From: Zancudomyces culisetae HAW-14-8
Taxonomy: Eukaryota > Fungi > Kickxellomycota
NCBI GenBank assembly: GCA_052426225.1
Contig: JBNJNM010000008.1
Coordinates: forward strand, 1,798,001 to 1,862,000
Reading direction: 5' to 3'
Length of the DNA: 64,000 nt
Shown here: one piece after another, positions 23,170 to 32,439 of the stretch
Position numbering within the stretch: the stretch's first letter is position 1
How the letters are laid out: each line of letters opens with the position of its first letter
Program-made: the position numbers and the translations under genes
Notes under the pieces: generated by a model
What the model saw: the letters and a program-made list of their open reading frames with translations, nothing else
Database searches by the model: none
What the model was told of the DNA's origin: nothing

Positions 23170-26100
23170 TTATGTTGGCTTTGAAGGGAAATGAGAATGG
23201 AATTCTTTTATGAGTTGATTTGCAGATATATGTTCTTTTGGTTCCCAAGTTCGTTCATTTATATCGTATCCCTTCCAATGTATCAAGTAATAAAGTTTAT
23301 TTCTTATAAGCTTTGAATCGAGTATTTCCTCAATTTCATACTCTAATTCATTGTTGATAATAACGGGTTCCGGCGTGGCTGGTTGATCAGAAATCACTGG
23401 AGGTGAGAATTTTTCCAATAGTGACACATGAAAGACTGGGTGTATTTTCATTGAGACGGGGAGGTCAAGTTTGTAAACTAAATCACTAAGCTTTTCTTTA
23501 ATTTTGAATGGTCCAATTTTCTTATAGTCAAGTTTTTTACTAGGCCTAGTAGTCTGAATATTCTTTGTTAGAAGCCAAACTTTTTCACCTATAGTATATT
23601 CAGGGTTTTTTCTTCTTTTCTTGTCTGCAGATTTTTTGAATGCTGAAGAAGCGAGAGTGATTTGCCTATTGGTTTCTTTCCAAATATGATGGATTTGGTT
23701 GATTCTTTCTTCCACAGAAGGCATAACATGGCTATTGATTAATGGTGGGTCAAAGCGTGGGTGGTATCCATAGTTGATGAAGAACGGGGATGATCCAGTA
23801 GATTCGTGAGTAGAGTTGTTATAGGCAAATTCTGCCAATGGTAGAAGATCTGTCCAATTATCTTGTTGATATGACAAAAAACAACGGAGATACTGTTCCA
23901 GAGTCTGATTGACTCTTTCGGTCTGTCCATCAGTTTCAGGATGGAACGCTGTTGAGAGCTTAATTTTGACACCTAAAGTGTTGAAAAGAGCTTTCCAAAA
24001 CTTTGATGCAAACTGAGAGCCTCGATCAGAGATGATCTCTTCAGGTAAACCGTGGAGTCTGATGATGTTATTGAGGATGATTTCAGAAGTTTCCATAGAT
24101 GAAGGCAGTTTCTTTAGTGGTATAAAATGGCTCATTTTACTGAACCGATCTACAACCACTAAAATTGTAGTATTCCCTTTTGAAAGGGGCAAATCTGTGA
24201 TGAAATCCATTGAAATAGATTTCCATGGCGAATCAGGAGCGGGTAATGGCTGAAGAAGTCCTTGTTTTTTCTTCCTTGATGTCTTGGATCGGTTGCATCT
24301 GTCGCAACCTGCGATGAATTCCTTGACTGAACGATGCATATGTGGGAACCAGAAGTCTCTTTTCAGTAGTTCTACTGTCTTTTTGTATCCATAGTGGCCT
24401 GTCAACTTGCTATCATGCCTTGAACTGATCACTTTAAACACTGATGCTTTAGGCACAATGACTAAATTTCCAAGAGTAATGAGATTGTCTGGTGTTGATC
24501 CTACAGCGAGATGTTTTTTAGCTGCTTCTGTTTCTGCCCTTTTAGTTAATTCTATTCGCTCATTTTGTGTTTGTAGGACGAGATCATCTAGGAGAAACGG
24601 ATTGGTGGTTATTAGACTGTCGATAAAAACTGAGGCTGGGAGTATTGTTTTGTCTTGTAAGGCGCGGTCATGATCCAAGTAACGTGATAAAATGTCTGGT
24701 TTTCCACCAAGCTTTCCAGGCCTATAGGTGATCACAAAGTCGTAACGGCTGAACTCCAATGACCATCTTGCATGTCGCCTATTGAGGACCTTTGAAGTCT
24801 TGAAGGTTTCAAGGTTTTTATGGTCTGTCAAAACGATGAACTGGTGTTGAGCTCCTTCTAGGTAGTGTCTCCATTCCTTAAGAGCCTTCACTATTCCTAG
24901 TAATTCCTTGTCATAAACATTATAATTAAGCTCGGCTGCCTTGAGTTTGTAGGAATAATAAGCACAGGGGCGGAAGTCACCTTTCTCGTCGGCTTGCGAC
25001 AGAATTGCACCAATGGCATAGTCTGATGCGTCAGTCTCAACTATGAACTGCTTACCGGGGTCAGGATACTGTAACACGGGTGAAGTCGTAAGCATGGTTT
25101 TCAGGGTGTCATATGACTTTTGCTGATCAGGACCCCAAATGAACTTGATGTCTTTTTTCAGCAGATTTGTCATCGGCAACGTGATTTGAGCATACTCAGG
25201 GATGAACTTCCTATAGTAGTTAGCAAATCCCAGGACAGATTGGATATCCTTGCAATCCTTTGGAACCTTCCATTTGTGGATTGACTGAATCTTGGCTGGA
25301 TCTGTACTGATTCCATTTGAAGTCACGCGGTGTCCTAAGAAATCCACTTCCTGTTTATGGAATTCGCATTTTTCCAAGTTGCAGTACAATCCATTTGTTA
25401 ACAATTTTGCTAAAACTTTGTTTACATGGCTGATGTGGTCCTGGAAATTGTCGGAAAATATCAGAATGTCATCAAGGTAAGCGATGGCGTAACGATCAAG
25501 CACATCTCTTAGAACATCATTGATGAAATGTTGGAAGGTCGCGGGCGCATTTGTCAAGCCAAAAGGCATGACATTGTATTCAAAATGTCCATAGCGGCAT
25601 CTGAACGCGGTCTTCCATTCGTCCCCCTTCCTGATCCTGACTAGATTATAAGCACCTTTCAAATCTAGTTTGGTGAAATATTTGGCAGATCTAAGCCTAT
25701 CAAAGGCTTCATCGATCCTGGGCAGAGGGTATCTGTTTTTCATAGTCATATCGTTGAGCTTACGATAGTCTACACAAAGGCGGAGGTCACCAGATTTCTT
25801 CTTAACGAACATGATTGGAGCACCAGCAGAGGATTTGGACTTTCTGATGAATCCATTTGCTAAGTTTTCAGTAATGTAGTCACGAAGAGTCTGGAGTTCC
25901 CTTTCAGATAATGGGTAAATAGGGCCCCATGGTGGTTTAGATTCTTTTTTGATGTCGATTTGGCAGTCATATGATCTGCGAGGAGGGAGTTTAGAGGCTA
26001 GGGATAGGTCAAATACCTTGGCTAGGGAGGCATGTTCAGGTGGGATTTCAGGAATGAGATTGTTATTTGCTGAATGTTTTTCCGTGATTGGCTGTAACTG

Positions 26101-27330
26101 TGGAATTTCAGAAATTACGCGACTGATTGGTTTAAAATTTTTTGTCCTTAATGTTTTTTTGTTTACTGGTTTTTTTGTTGTCTTTTTTATAAAATTATTT
26201 GGTTGAATCGGAATAGTAAGAAGTGGCATTCCTATGTCAAATGCGGAAGAAACAGGTTCAGGTGGTGTCAAATCTGGTTGGGCTGAAATATTGGGAGCTG
26301 GAGTACTGAGAATCTCAGGAGTAATAGGTGTACTTGGGTAAAAAGTTACTGGAGGTGGTAAATTTACCATTGGTGGGGGACGTCCCAGGCGAGGTGAAAT
26401 ACTCTCGCGAGTGTGGTAATAACGGATTTGAGGTGAGGTTACGGTGGAAGTCAATGAACGTTCGGAATCGGAATCAGAATGGTATGCGGATAAATGGCTG
26501 TCATCTGACTGGTAGGCTTCCAAATTATGGTTTGTCTGTTGGATTGGGACTTGTGGCTGCCTGAGTGATGCGGTTATTTCGGTAATTTGCTGTAATACGT
26601 TGCTTGGGTTCAAATTTTGCCAATGTATTGCTTCTGGTTGAGTATCATAGAATCTTCCGAGATCATCTTCGGATTCGCTCTCTGAAGATGTATCATTTTC
26701 CGAATAGCCATCCGAATCATCTTGGCTTATATCTTCTGAGTCCATGCTGTAATCTGATTCTGATACGCTCATTCTGTCAACCTTATTTTCTTCATCTAAT
26801 ACTAATTTATCATCCATCAGCTGACTTAGTTTTTTGATGTCGTTTTTTGAAATTCTGCGGTTCGGATCAATATTAAGATTGTTTACGGCTATAGGCTTAG
26901 TAGTGTGGGTTTTTGTATCCATCGTCAGCTTTTTCCAGTTGATATCAGGGTTATGTTTTTGTAACCATGGAAGGCCTAATACAATTTCGGCATGAGTGGC
27001 GGGTATCACGTATAGGTCCGAGGTGAAGTGGTATTTATCCTTGGTACTGAGCTTGATGTTCCGGACTACTGCATTGATACCTGAATTTGTGAGTGGTTTT
27101 CCGTCAATAGTTTCAACAGGTATCGGACTTGATAGATCTTCAGTGGGCAAGTCTAGTTGCTTTACAAGGTTTAAACTAATAAAATTTTCTGATGCACCTG
27201 AATCAATTAGTGCATTAACAACTATCGAATTATTAATTATTAACTTTATTAAAAATTTATTAGCTTGAAATCCTTGTAAGGTGAGCCCCAGTAATACCTT
27301 GCCGGTTATTCCTGGGGTTCGACGTTTAAA
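23170..27330 (-). CDS. Element B Pol (PR-RT-RH-IN-chromodomain), expressed by -1 frameshift
   Basis: LIDSGA, YPLPRID, MPFGLTNAPATFQ, YLDD, TDAS, HHCC, DDE, GPF, YEIEEILDS..YLIHWKGY..TWEP. Confidence 0.96.
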   Translation of the reverse strand, partial: FKRRTPGITGKVLLGLTLQGFQANKFLIKLIINNSIVVNALIDSGASENFISLNLVKQLDLPTEDLSSPIPVETIDGKPLTNSGINAVVRNIKLSTKDKYHFTSDLYVIPATHAEIVLGLPWLQKHNPDINWKKLTMDTKTHTTKPIAVNNLNIDPNRRISKNDIKKLSQLMDDKLVLDEENKVDRMSVSESDYSMDSEDISQDDSDGYSENDTSSESESEDDLGRFYDTQPEAIHWQNLNPSNVLQQITEITASLRQPQVPIQQTNHNLEAYQSDDSHLSAYHSDSDSERSLTSTVTSPQIRYYHTRESISPRLGRPPPMVNLPPPVTFYPSTPITPEILSTPAPNISAQPDLTPPEPVSSAFDIGMPLLTIPIQPNNFIKKTTKKPVNKKTLRTKNFKPISRVISEIPQLQPITEKHSANNNLIPEIPPEHASLAKVFDLSLASKLPPRRSYDCQIDIKKESKPPWGPIYPLSERELQTLRDYITENLANGFIRKSKSSAGAPIMFVKKKSGDLRLCVDYRKLNDMTMKNRYPLPRIDEAFDRLRSAKYFTKLDLKGAYNLVRIRKGDEWKTAFRCRYGHFEYNVMPFGLTNAPATFQHFINDVLRDVLDRYAIAYLDDILIFSDNFQDHISHVNKVLAKLLTNGLYCNLEKCEFHKQEVDFLGHRVTSNGISTDPAKIQSIHKWKVPKDCKDIQSVLGFANYYRKFIPEYAQITLPMTNLLKKDIKFIWGPDQQKSYDTLKTMLTTSPVLQYPDPGKQFIVETDASDYAIGAILSQADEKGDFRPCAYYSYKLKAAELNYNVYDKELLGIVKALKEWRHYLEGAQHQFIVLTDHKNLETFKTSKVLNRRHARWSLEFSRYDFVITYRPGKLGGKPDILSRYLDHDRALQDKTILPASVFIDSLITTNPFLLDDLVLQTQNERIELTKRAETEAAKKHLAVGSTPDNLITLGNLVIVPKASVFKVISSRHDSKLTGHYGYKKTVELLKRDFWFPHMHRSVKEFIAGCDRCNRSKTSRKKKQGLLQPLPAPDSPWKSISMDFITDLPLSKGNTTILVVVDRFSKMSHFIPLKKLPSSMETSEIILNNIIRLHGLPEEIISDRGSQFASKFWKALFNTLGVKIKLSTAFHPETDGQTERVNQTLEQYLRCFLSYQQDNWTDLLPLAEFAYNNSTHESTGSSPFFINYGYHPRFDPPLINSHVMPSVEERINQIHHIWKETNRQITLASSAFKKSADKKRRKNPEYTIGEKVWLLTKNIQTTRPSKKLDYKKIGPFKIKEKLSDLVYKLDLPVSMKIHPVFHVSLLEKFSPPVISDQPATPEPVIINNELEYEIEEILDSKLIRNKLYYLIHWKGYDINERTWEPKEHISANQLIKEFHSHFPSKPT

Positions 27331-28217
27331 ATTGGCTCTGATGGTCTTGGGACACGTAACGGACAATTTCTCAATATGTGGCCGGGTTGACCACAATAAA
27401 TGCAAAGGCTATTGAGGATACGTCTCTGGCGCTCTTCGGCTGTTAACGGTCCTCTAGGCTTTGGGATAACGGCATCAATATCCATTGGTTCTGGGGTCTG
27501 AGGACGGTACTGTCTTGGCTGGCGCTGGAAGTTCTGGTTCTGGTACGCGTGTTGCTGAAACTGATTTTGCTGGTAATTTGGGAACGGCTTGTTCATTGGC
27601 TGAAATGGTCTGGGCTGTCTTGGAAGCGGGTTTGCTGCTGGATATGGACTTCTGAACTCGGATCTGTTCATATAGCTGAGGTTGGAATTAATTGTGTTTT
27701 CCAACTCAACTACTAGAGTTATTACTTCATCCAACTTTTCTGGCATTTTGGTAGCGATCAGATGTCGGGTAATCCTGTTACTTAGACCTCGCCTAAATAT
27801 GTCAATATTGGCGGCTTCACCAAAATCACATATTCTGGCCAAGTTCCTAAAGTCCACTGCGTAAGCCATAACGGAAAGAGTACCTTGCTTGAGTTGGTGG
27901 AGCTGCTGAACTGCACGTGACTTGTGGCCGGGATCTGAGAATCTGAGCTTAAAACTTTTCATGAACTCTTCATATGAGGACAAGAGTTTAGGTGCGGTTT
28001 CTGGGAGCTGGGCTTCGGATTCAAGGATATCGTCAAACCAAGTGGCGGCATGACCTGAGAAGTGAGCACTGATGAAAGCAATCTTTTTCTTTTCTGTAGG
28101 AAAAGCATCTGATTTTGCCCAAAACTGTCTGCGGATCTGAGCCATGAAGGGAACAAATTGTTCCGCGGCTCCGGAAAACTTTTCAATTTCGGGTGTTTTT
28201 GGCTCGGTTTCACCCAT
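27306..28217 (-). CDS. Element B Gag
   Basis: EKFSG, GHAATW, LKQGTLSVMAY, EPMDID, zinc knuckle CIYCGQPGHILRNC. Confidence 0.95.
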   Translation of the reverse strand: MGETEPKTPEIEKFSGAAEQFVPFMAQIRRQFWAKSDAFPTEKKKIAFISAHFSGHAATWFDDILESEAQLPETAPKLLSSYEEFMKSFKLRFSDPGHKSRAVQQLHQLKQGTLSVMAYAVDFRNLARICDFGEAANIDIFRRGLSNRITRHLIATKMPEKLDEVITLVVELENTINSNLSYMNRSEFRSPYPAANPLPRQPRPFQPMNKPFPNYQQNQFQQHAYQNQNFQRQPRQYRPQTPEPMDIDAVIPKPRGPLTAEERQRRILNSLCIYCGQPGHILRNCPLRVPRPSEPILNVEPQE

Positions 28218-28506
28218 AATCTTAAGATTATTTAATTTATTTTTCTAACTAAACTAGACTGATTAACTAGGAGTTAGAAGAATTACAAAATGTCACAGAA
28301 CGAGTTTTATTAGTTAAACAGATTGTAATTCTTAAGGAATTACAGCTAGGCAAATGTTATTAATTAAATACTAAGTAAATATTAGAATAATTGTTATGGG
28401 AGGTTAGATGTCACCTTATTGGCCATGACACCTTAGCGATAAAATATTATCTTATCCTAAATAAAATATTTTCAAGCAACAATAGTACCTAGTGTCAATC
28501 GTGACA

Positions 28507-30815
28507 GTTTCTGGGTCAGGATGTGCGAGAACGGGAGCTGTGGTACATTGTTTCTTGAGATTTTCAAAAGTAGATTGTTGTGCTGAGCCCCAGATAAACT
28601 GGGCATTTTTCTTGAGTAAGGAGGTGATCGGAGTTACAATACGTGAGAAGTCTTGGATAAAACGGCGATAGAAGTTAACAAATCCAAGGAAGGATTGGAT
28701 GTCCTTGACTGATTTTGGTGTATCCCAATCCAATATTGCAGATACTCGTGACGGATCCATGACTAGGCCTACAGGTGTGATTATGAAGCCTAAAAACTCT
28801 ACTCTTTCTTGGTCAAACTCACACTTTTCAAGTTTGGCGTAGAGTTTGTGAGCGATTAGTCTTACTAAAACAGTACGAACATGGATAGTATGTTCTTCAG
28901 GTGTTGCAGAAAATACCAGAATGTCATCAAGGTATATGACAACATAGACGTCTAGGATATCACGAAAAACATCATTGACAAATGATTGAAAGGTTCCAGG
29001 AGCATTAGCCAGGCCGAATGGCATAACTTTGTACTCAAACTGACCATACTGTGTTCGGAAAGCCGTTTTTTCTTCATCGCCTTTCCTTATGCGTACCAGA
29101 TTGTACGCGCCACGCAGATCAAGTTTGGTGAAGATTTTGACAGATTGGACTCGTTCCAGTAGCTCAGTCATCAACGGTAAAGGATACCGGTTACGTTTGA
29201 CGACTTTGTTTAGAGCTCTGTAGTCCACAACTAGTCTTAAAGAGCCATCTTTTTTACCTGTGAAGAATACAGGGGCTCCAGCAGGTGATTTCGAGCGGAC
29301 TATGAAACCTTTTGCAAGGTTTTCATCGATGTACTCTTTAAGCGCTGTTCGCTCCTTTGGTGCAAGTGGATAAATTGGTCCATATGGTAAGGCGGCATTG
29401 GGTAACAGATCAATTGGGCAGTCGTAAGGGCGATGAGGAGGTAGAGTATCGGCCTTTTGTTTGTCAAAAGCTTGGCTGAGGTCTTGATATTTACTTGGAA
29501 TAGTAGTAGTTAAGGAATCAGGAGGTAGTGAAATTGGTTTGGCTTGGTTTATCATGCCTATCAAATGAAAAACAGAGTGTTTTAACTTTTTGATAGGCAC
29601 CTTTTGTTGAAACTCAATATCACAAGAACGTTTGCGAATTGGTTCAACCGGATCAGCTGGTGGTGGAGTCATCGGGCGTAACTCTTCACAGGTTTCCATA
29701 TCAGCACTCTGAATACTATTTTCAGAGTCGGCACTTTGGAGTGAGATTTCGCTGATATCGGAACTTGGTGAGTAGTACAGCTCAGAATCCAACGAATACA
29801 CTGATTCAAGTTCATAATCTAAATCTGTTTCATATTCTGGATCAGAAATTTTATCATCATTTTCAGAATATGAGGTGGATTCTTGATCCTGAACTGACTC
29901 AATGACTTCTTGGTTGTGTACTTGGTTCTGATAATCCTGGTTTAAGTTTTCCTGGCTATTGACAGTATTTTCCTGGCTATGGTTAATATTTTCCTGGCTA
30001 TTGTTAATTTTTTCCTGGCTGTGGTTTTCCTGGCTGTGGTTTTCCTGGCTGTGGTTTGTCTCCTGGATTAAATTTTCCTGGCTGTGGTTACTTTGGCAAT
30101 GGATAGTCTGACTGTGGCTATCTTTAACATGGTTTTCCTGGTTGTTAGTTTCCAAGTTGTTAGTTTCCTGACTTTGGGTTTCTTGGCTGAGGTTATTCTG
30201 GCTTATTAGTGCTGGTCCTGGTCCTGGTGCTTGTCTTGACATGGATGAGGTATTAGTCTTGATAATCGTTGGATTGGATCTTTGAGTTGAGAACCTTTTG
30301 ATATTGCAGTGTTTTTGGCAATATGCATTATCAAAATGATTTAATCTCTTTTTCCAATTGTTAGTGGGTTCATGGAGTTCAAGCCACGGAAGTCCTAAAA
30401 TCATGTCAACATGGTGGGGGTTTATGATTTCAATAGTGACTACTTCATGGTGAACTTCAATCTCAATTTTGAGCGGGACAGTTTGGTGTGTAATTGGACC
30501 GGCAGACATTGGATTACCATCTACAAACTCCACAGGTATTGGAGTTGTCTTGGAAATGAATGGAATGGAATGGTTAGATACAAAACCTTGGTTTATGAAC
30601 AAACCAGAAGCACCTGAATCTACCATGGCGACGATTTGCAACTTTACGTTACTTGGGAGTTGTAAAGAAACAGTGACAAGAAAACGATGGGGGTTGTAGA
30701 CGTCTCGGATACTGCTGACTTGATGGACAAAGGATCTGGAACGGGGGAAGTCTTTAGTTGGGATGGTTTGGTTCAGGATTGGCTTCCCAATTAAGCCTGA
30801 ACCCGGTGGTTTCCC
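28507..30815 (-). pseudogene. Element A pol, 5' part: protease and reverse transcriptase
   Basis: MVDSGA, ILGLPWL, YPLP, MPFGL, YLDD; frame open back to the GGGAAAC slippery site. Confidence 0.93.
29945..30090 (-). repeat. Coding minisatellite (NHSQE-like units) in the PR-RT linker
   Basis: Repeated TTTTCCTGGCT(G/A)TGG on the + strand. Confidence 0.85.
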
Positions 30816-31662
30816 TGCTTAGTTTTCTTAAGCTTTTCGGGACAGGTGGTAACTTGGTGGCCTTCTCGCCGCAGTAATAGCAGAGACCAAGTTTCATTCG
30901 ACGTTCTCTCTCGGTTGGAGAGACGACACGCTGAACGGAATCCACCTGCATAGGTTCTATCTGAGAACTGGTGGGCTGAACATAAGGCTGAATGCCTCTC
31001 TTTCTCCTGGCCTTGTCTTCCTTGCGCCTGGTTAACCTGGCATCAATGAGAATTGCAGCATTGATGTAATCTTCCAAATCATCAGGAGTTTGGAATAGCG
31101 CAAGGGTGTCGAGCACGGCTTCGCTCAGACCCTCGGCAAACTGGTATACGAGAGCTGACTCGTTTCAGTCGAGATCCATCATTAAACGACGGAACTCTGA
31201 TGCATACATTGAGACAGGTGAGGTGCCCTGTTTCAATGCCCTGATAGCATCATTGGCTGTTTGAGACCGTTGAGGGTCATCAAACACCTTGGCGAACTCT
31301 TTCATGAAGAGTTCGTAATCATGAAGCACAGGGCTACCCTTTTCAATGTAAGGGCTAGCCCAACGGAGCGCATTTCCTGTGAGGAGGGACATAACAAGAC
31401 CAACCTTGTTGGTGGCGGACGGGTAGTGGTCTGGATGGGTGAAGAACAGTAGACGGCATTGATTTACAAAACCACGGAAGTTGTTGCGATCTCCGTCATA
31501 CCTTTCTGGCAAGGCTATGCGGGCAGCGGCTGGCTGGACTGGGATTGGTACTGGTGCGGCCTGGGCGGACTTTTCTTGTTCTGCTGGCGGATCTGGTGGA
31601 GCAGATTGTTGAGATTTCAATCGCTCGTTTTCTTCTTTAAGTCTTTGATATTCGGCTAACAT
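30791..31662 (-). pseudogene. Element A gag, disrupted
   Basis: LPERYDGDR, GNALRWA, LKQG, EPMQVD; TGA at a conserved Trp (DLD*NESAL, 31165); 1-nt deletion in the zinc knuckle (restores CYYCGEKGHQVTTC). Confidence 0.9.
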
Positions 31663-31711
31663 TTCACGGTATTTAGACTTAATAGTAGGTAGTGTAAGAG
31701 CAATAAAATAA

Positions 31712-32104
31712 TGTCAGGACTTGACACTAAGTACTATATGTATTTACTACGACTATGATTTATTTAATAAAATACTATGAGATGAAAAGCATTTTATTGC
31801 TAAAGTTTCCTAAAGCAATAAAATCCTTGTCCATATATAGTTTTACAAATAAAAATTAATTGTAAAACATAATAATAACTATACTTAAAACTATAACTTA
31901 AAACTAAATATATTAACTGTCAACTCCACAGTTAACATTTAATAATTTGGGGTAAAACCAAATTATTAATAAATAAAAATGCTTACTCCATAATTAATAA
32001 TTTATGGAGTAAGAATTAAAGCGGAGAAAATGATAATAAAATTAACATTTGCTATTTTTAATGCCATATTAACAATAGCAATAATGTCATGAATGGATCA
32101 TGAC
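31712..32104 (-). repeat. 5' LTR of element A (terminal base displaced by a solo-LTR insertion)
   Basis: TGTCAGGACTTGACACTAAGTACTA...ATCATGAC; similar to 19523-19925 mainly at the ends. Confidence 0.88.
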
Positions 32105-32242
32105 TGTCATGGCCAATCAGGTGACATCTAATCTCCCATAACATTATACTAATATTTACTTAGTATTTAATTAATTCATTTGCCTAGCTGTAATTCTTTA
32201 TGAATTACAACCTGTTTAACTAATAAAACTCGTTCTGTGACA
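32105..32242 (+). mobile_element. Solo LTR of family B, inverted relative to element B
   Basis: Reverse complement of the 140-bp LTR with a few changes; imperfect TSD ATGAC/ATGTC. Confidence 0.92.
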
Positions 32243-32439
32243 ATGTCACCCAAAATTGTCTCATTTTTAATAATTTTTCAATTTATAATTTCATAATGAA
32301 TTTTTTTCAATAAAAATACAGTTTATAATAATCTGAAAATAACATTTGTGCATGATATAATATAAAAACATATAATATCTGGAAATTATTGAGCGAGATA
32401 TTACACTTTGAAAATTATTTTCAATATTTTGAGACATTT

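Larger units (their letters stand above)
22066..28430 (-). mobile_element. Intact, young chromovirus-type Ty3/Gypsy retrotransposon (family B), 6365 bp
   Basis: 140-bp LTRs (22066-22205, 28291-28430) with one difference seen; TSD CCTTA; PPT next to 22205; uninterrupted gag and pol. Confidence 0.97.
21825..28506 (+). mobile_element. Solo LTR (~312 bp, family A-related) inserted in element A pol and itself split by element B (parts 21825-22065 and 28436-28506)
   Basis: TGTCA..TGACA termini; 5-bp TSD GTTTC at 21820-21824 and 28507-28511; removing it rejoins AHPDPET-QFLLECDA. Confidence 0.9.
19523..32248 (-). mobile_element. Degenerate chromovirus-type Ty3/Gypsy LTR retrotransposon (family A), interrupted by nested insertions
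   Basis: TGTCA..TGACA LTRs, polypurine tract at 19926-19937, gag-PR-RT-RH-IN-chromodomain order; no matching TSD found. Confidence 0.93.

Noticed and set aside
31165-31167. In-frame TGA in gag A (and in the LINE at ~34949) as selenocysteine or a recoded codon
   Set aside because: Both align with Trp in elements that carry other lesions; TGA is a normal stop in PRI2, NCB2 and COX10
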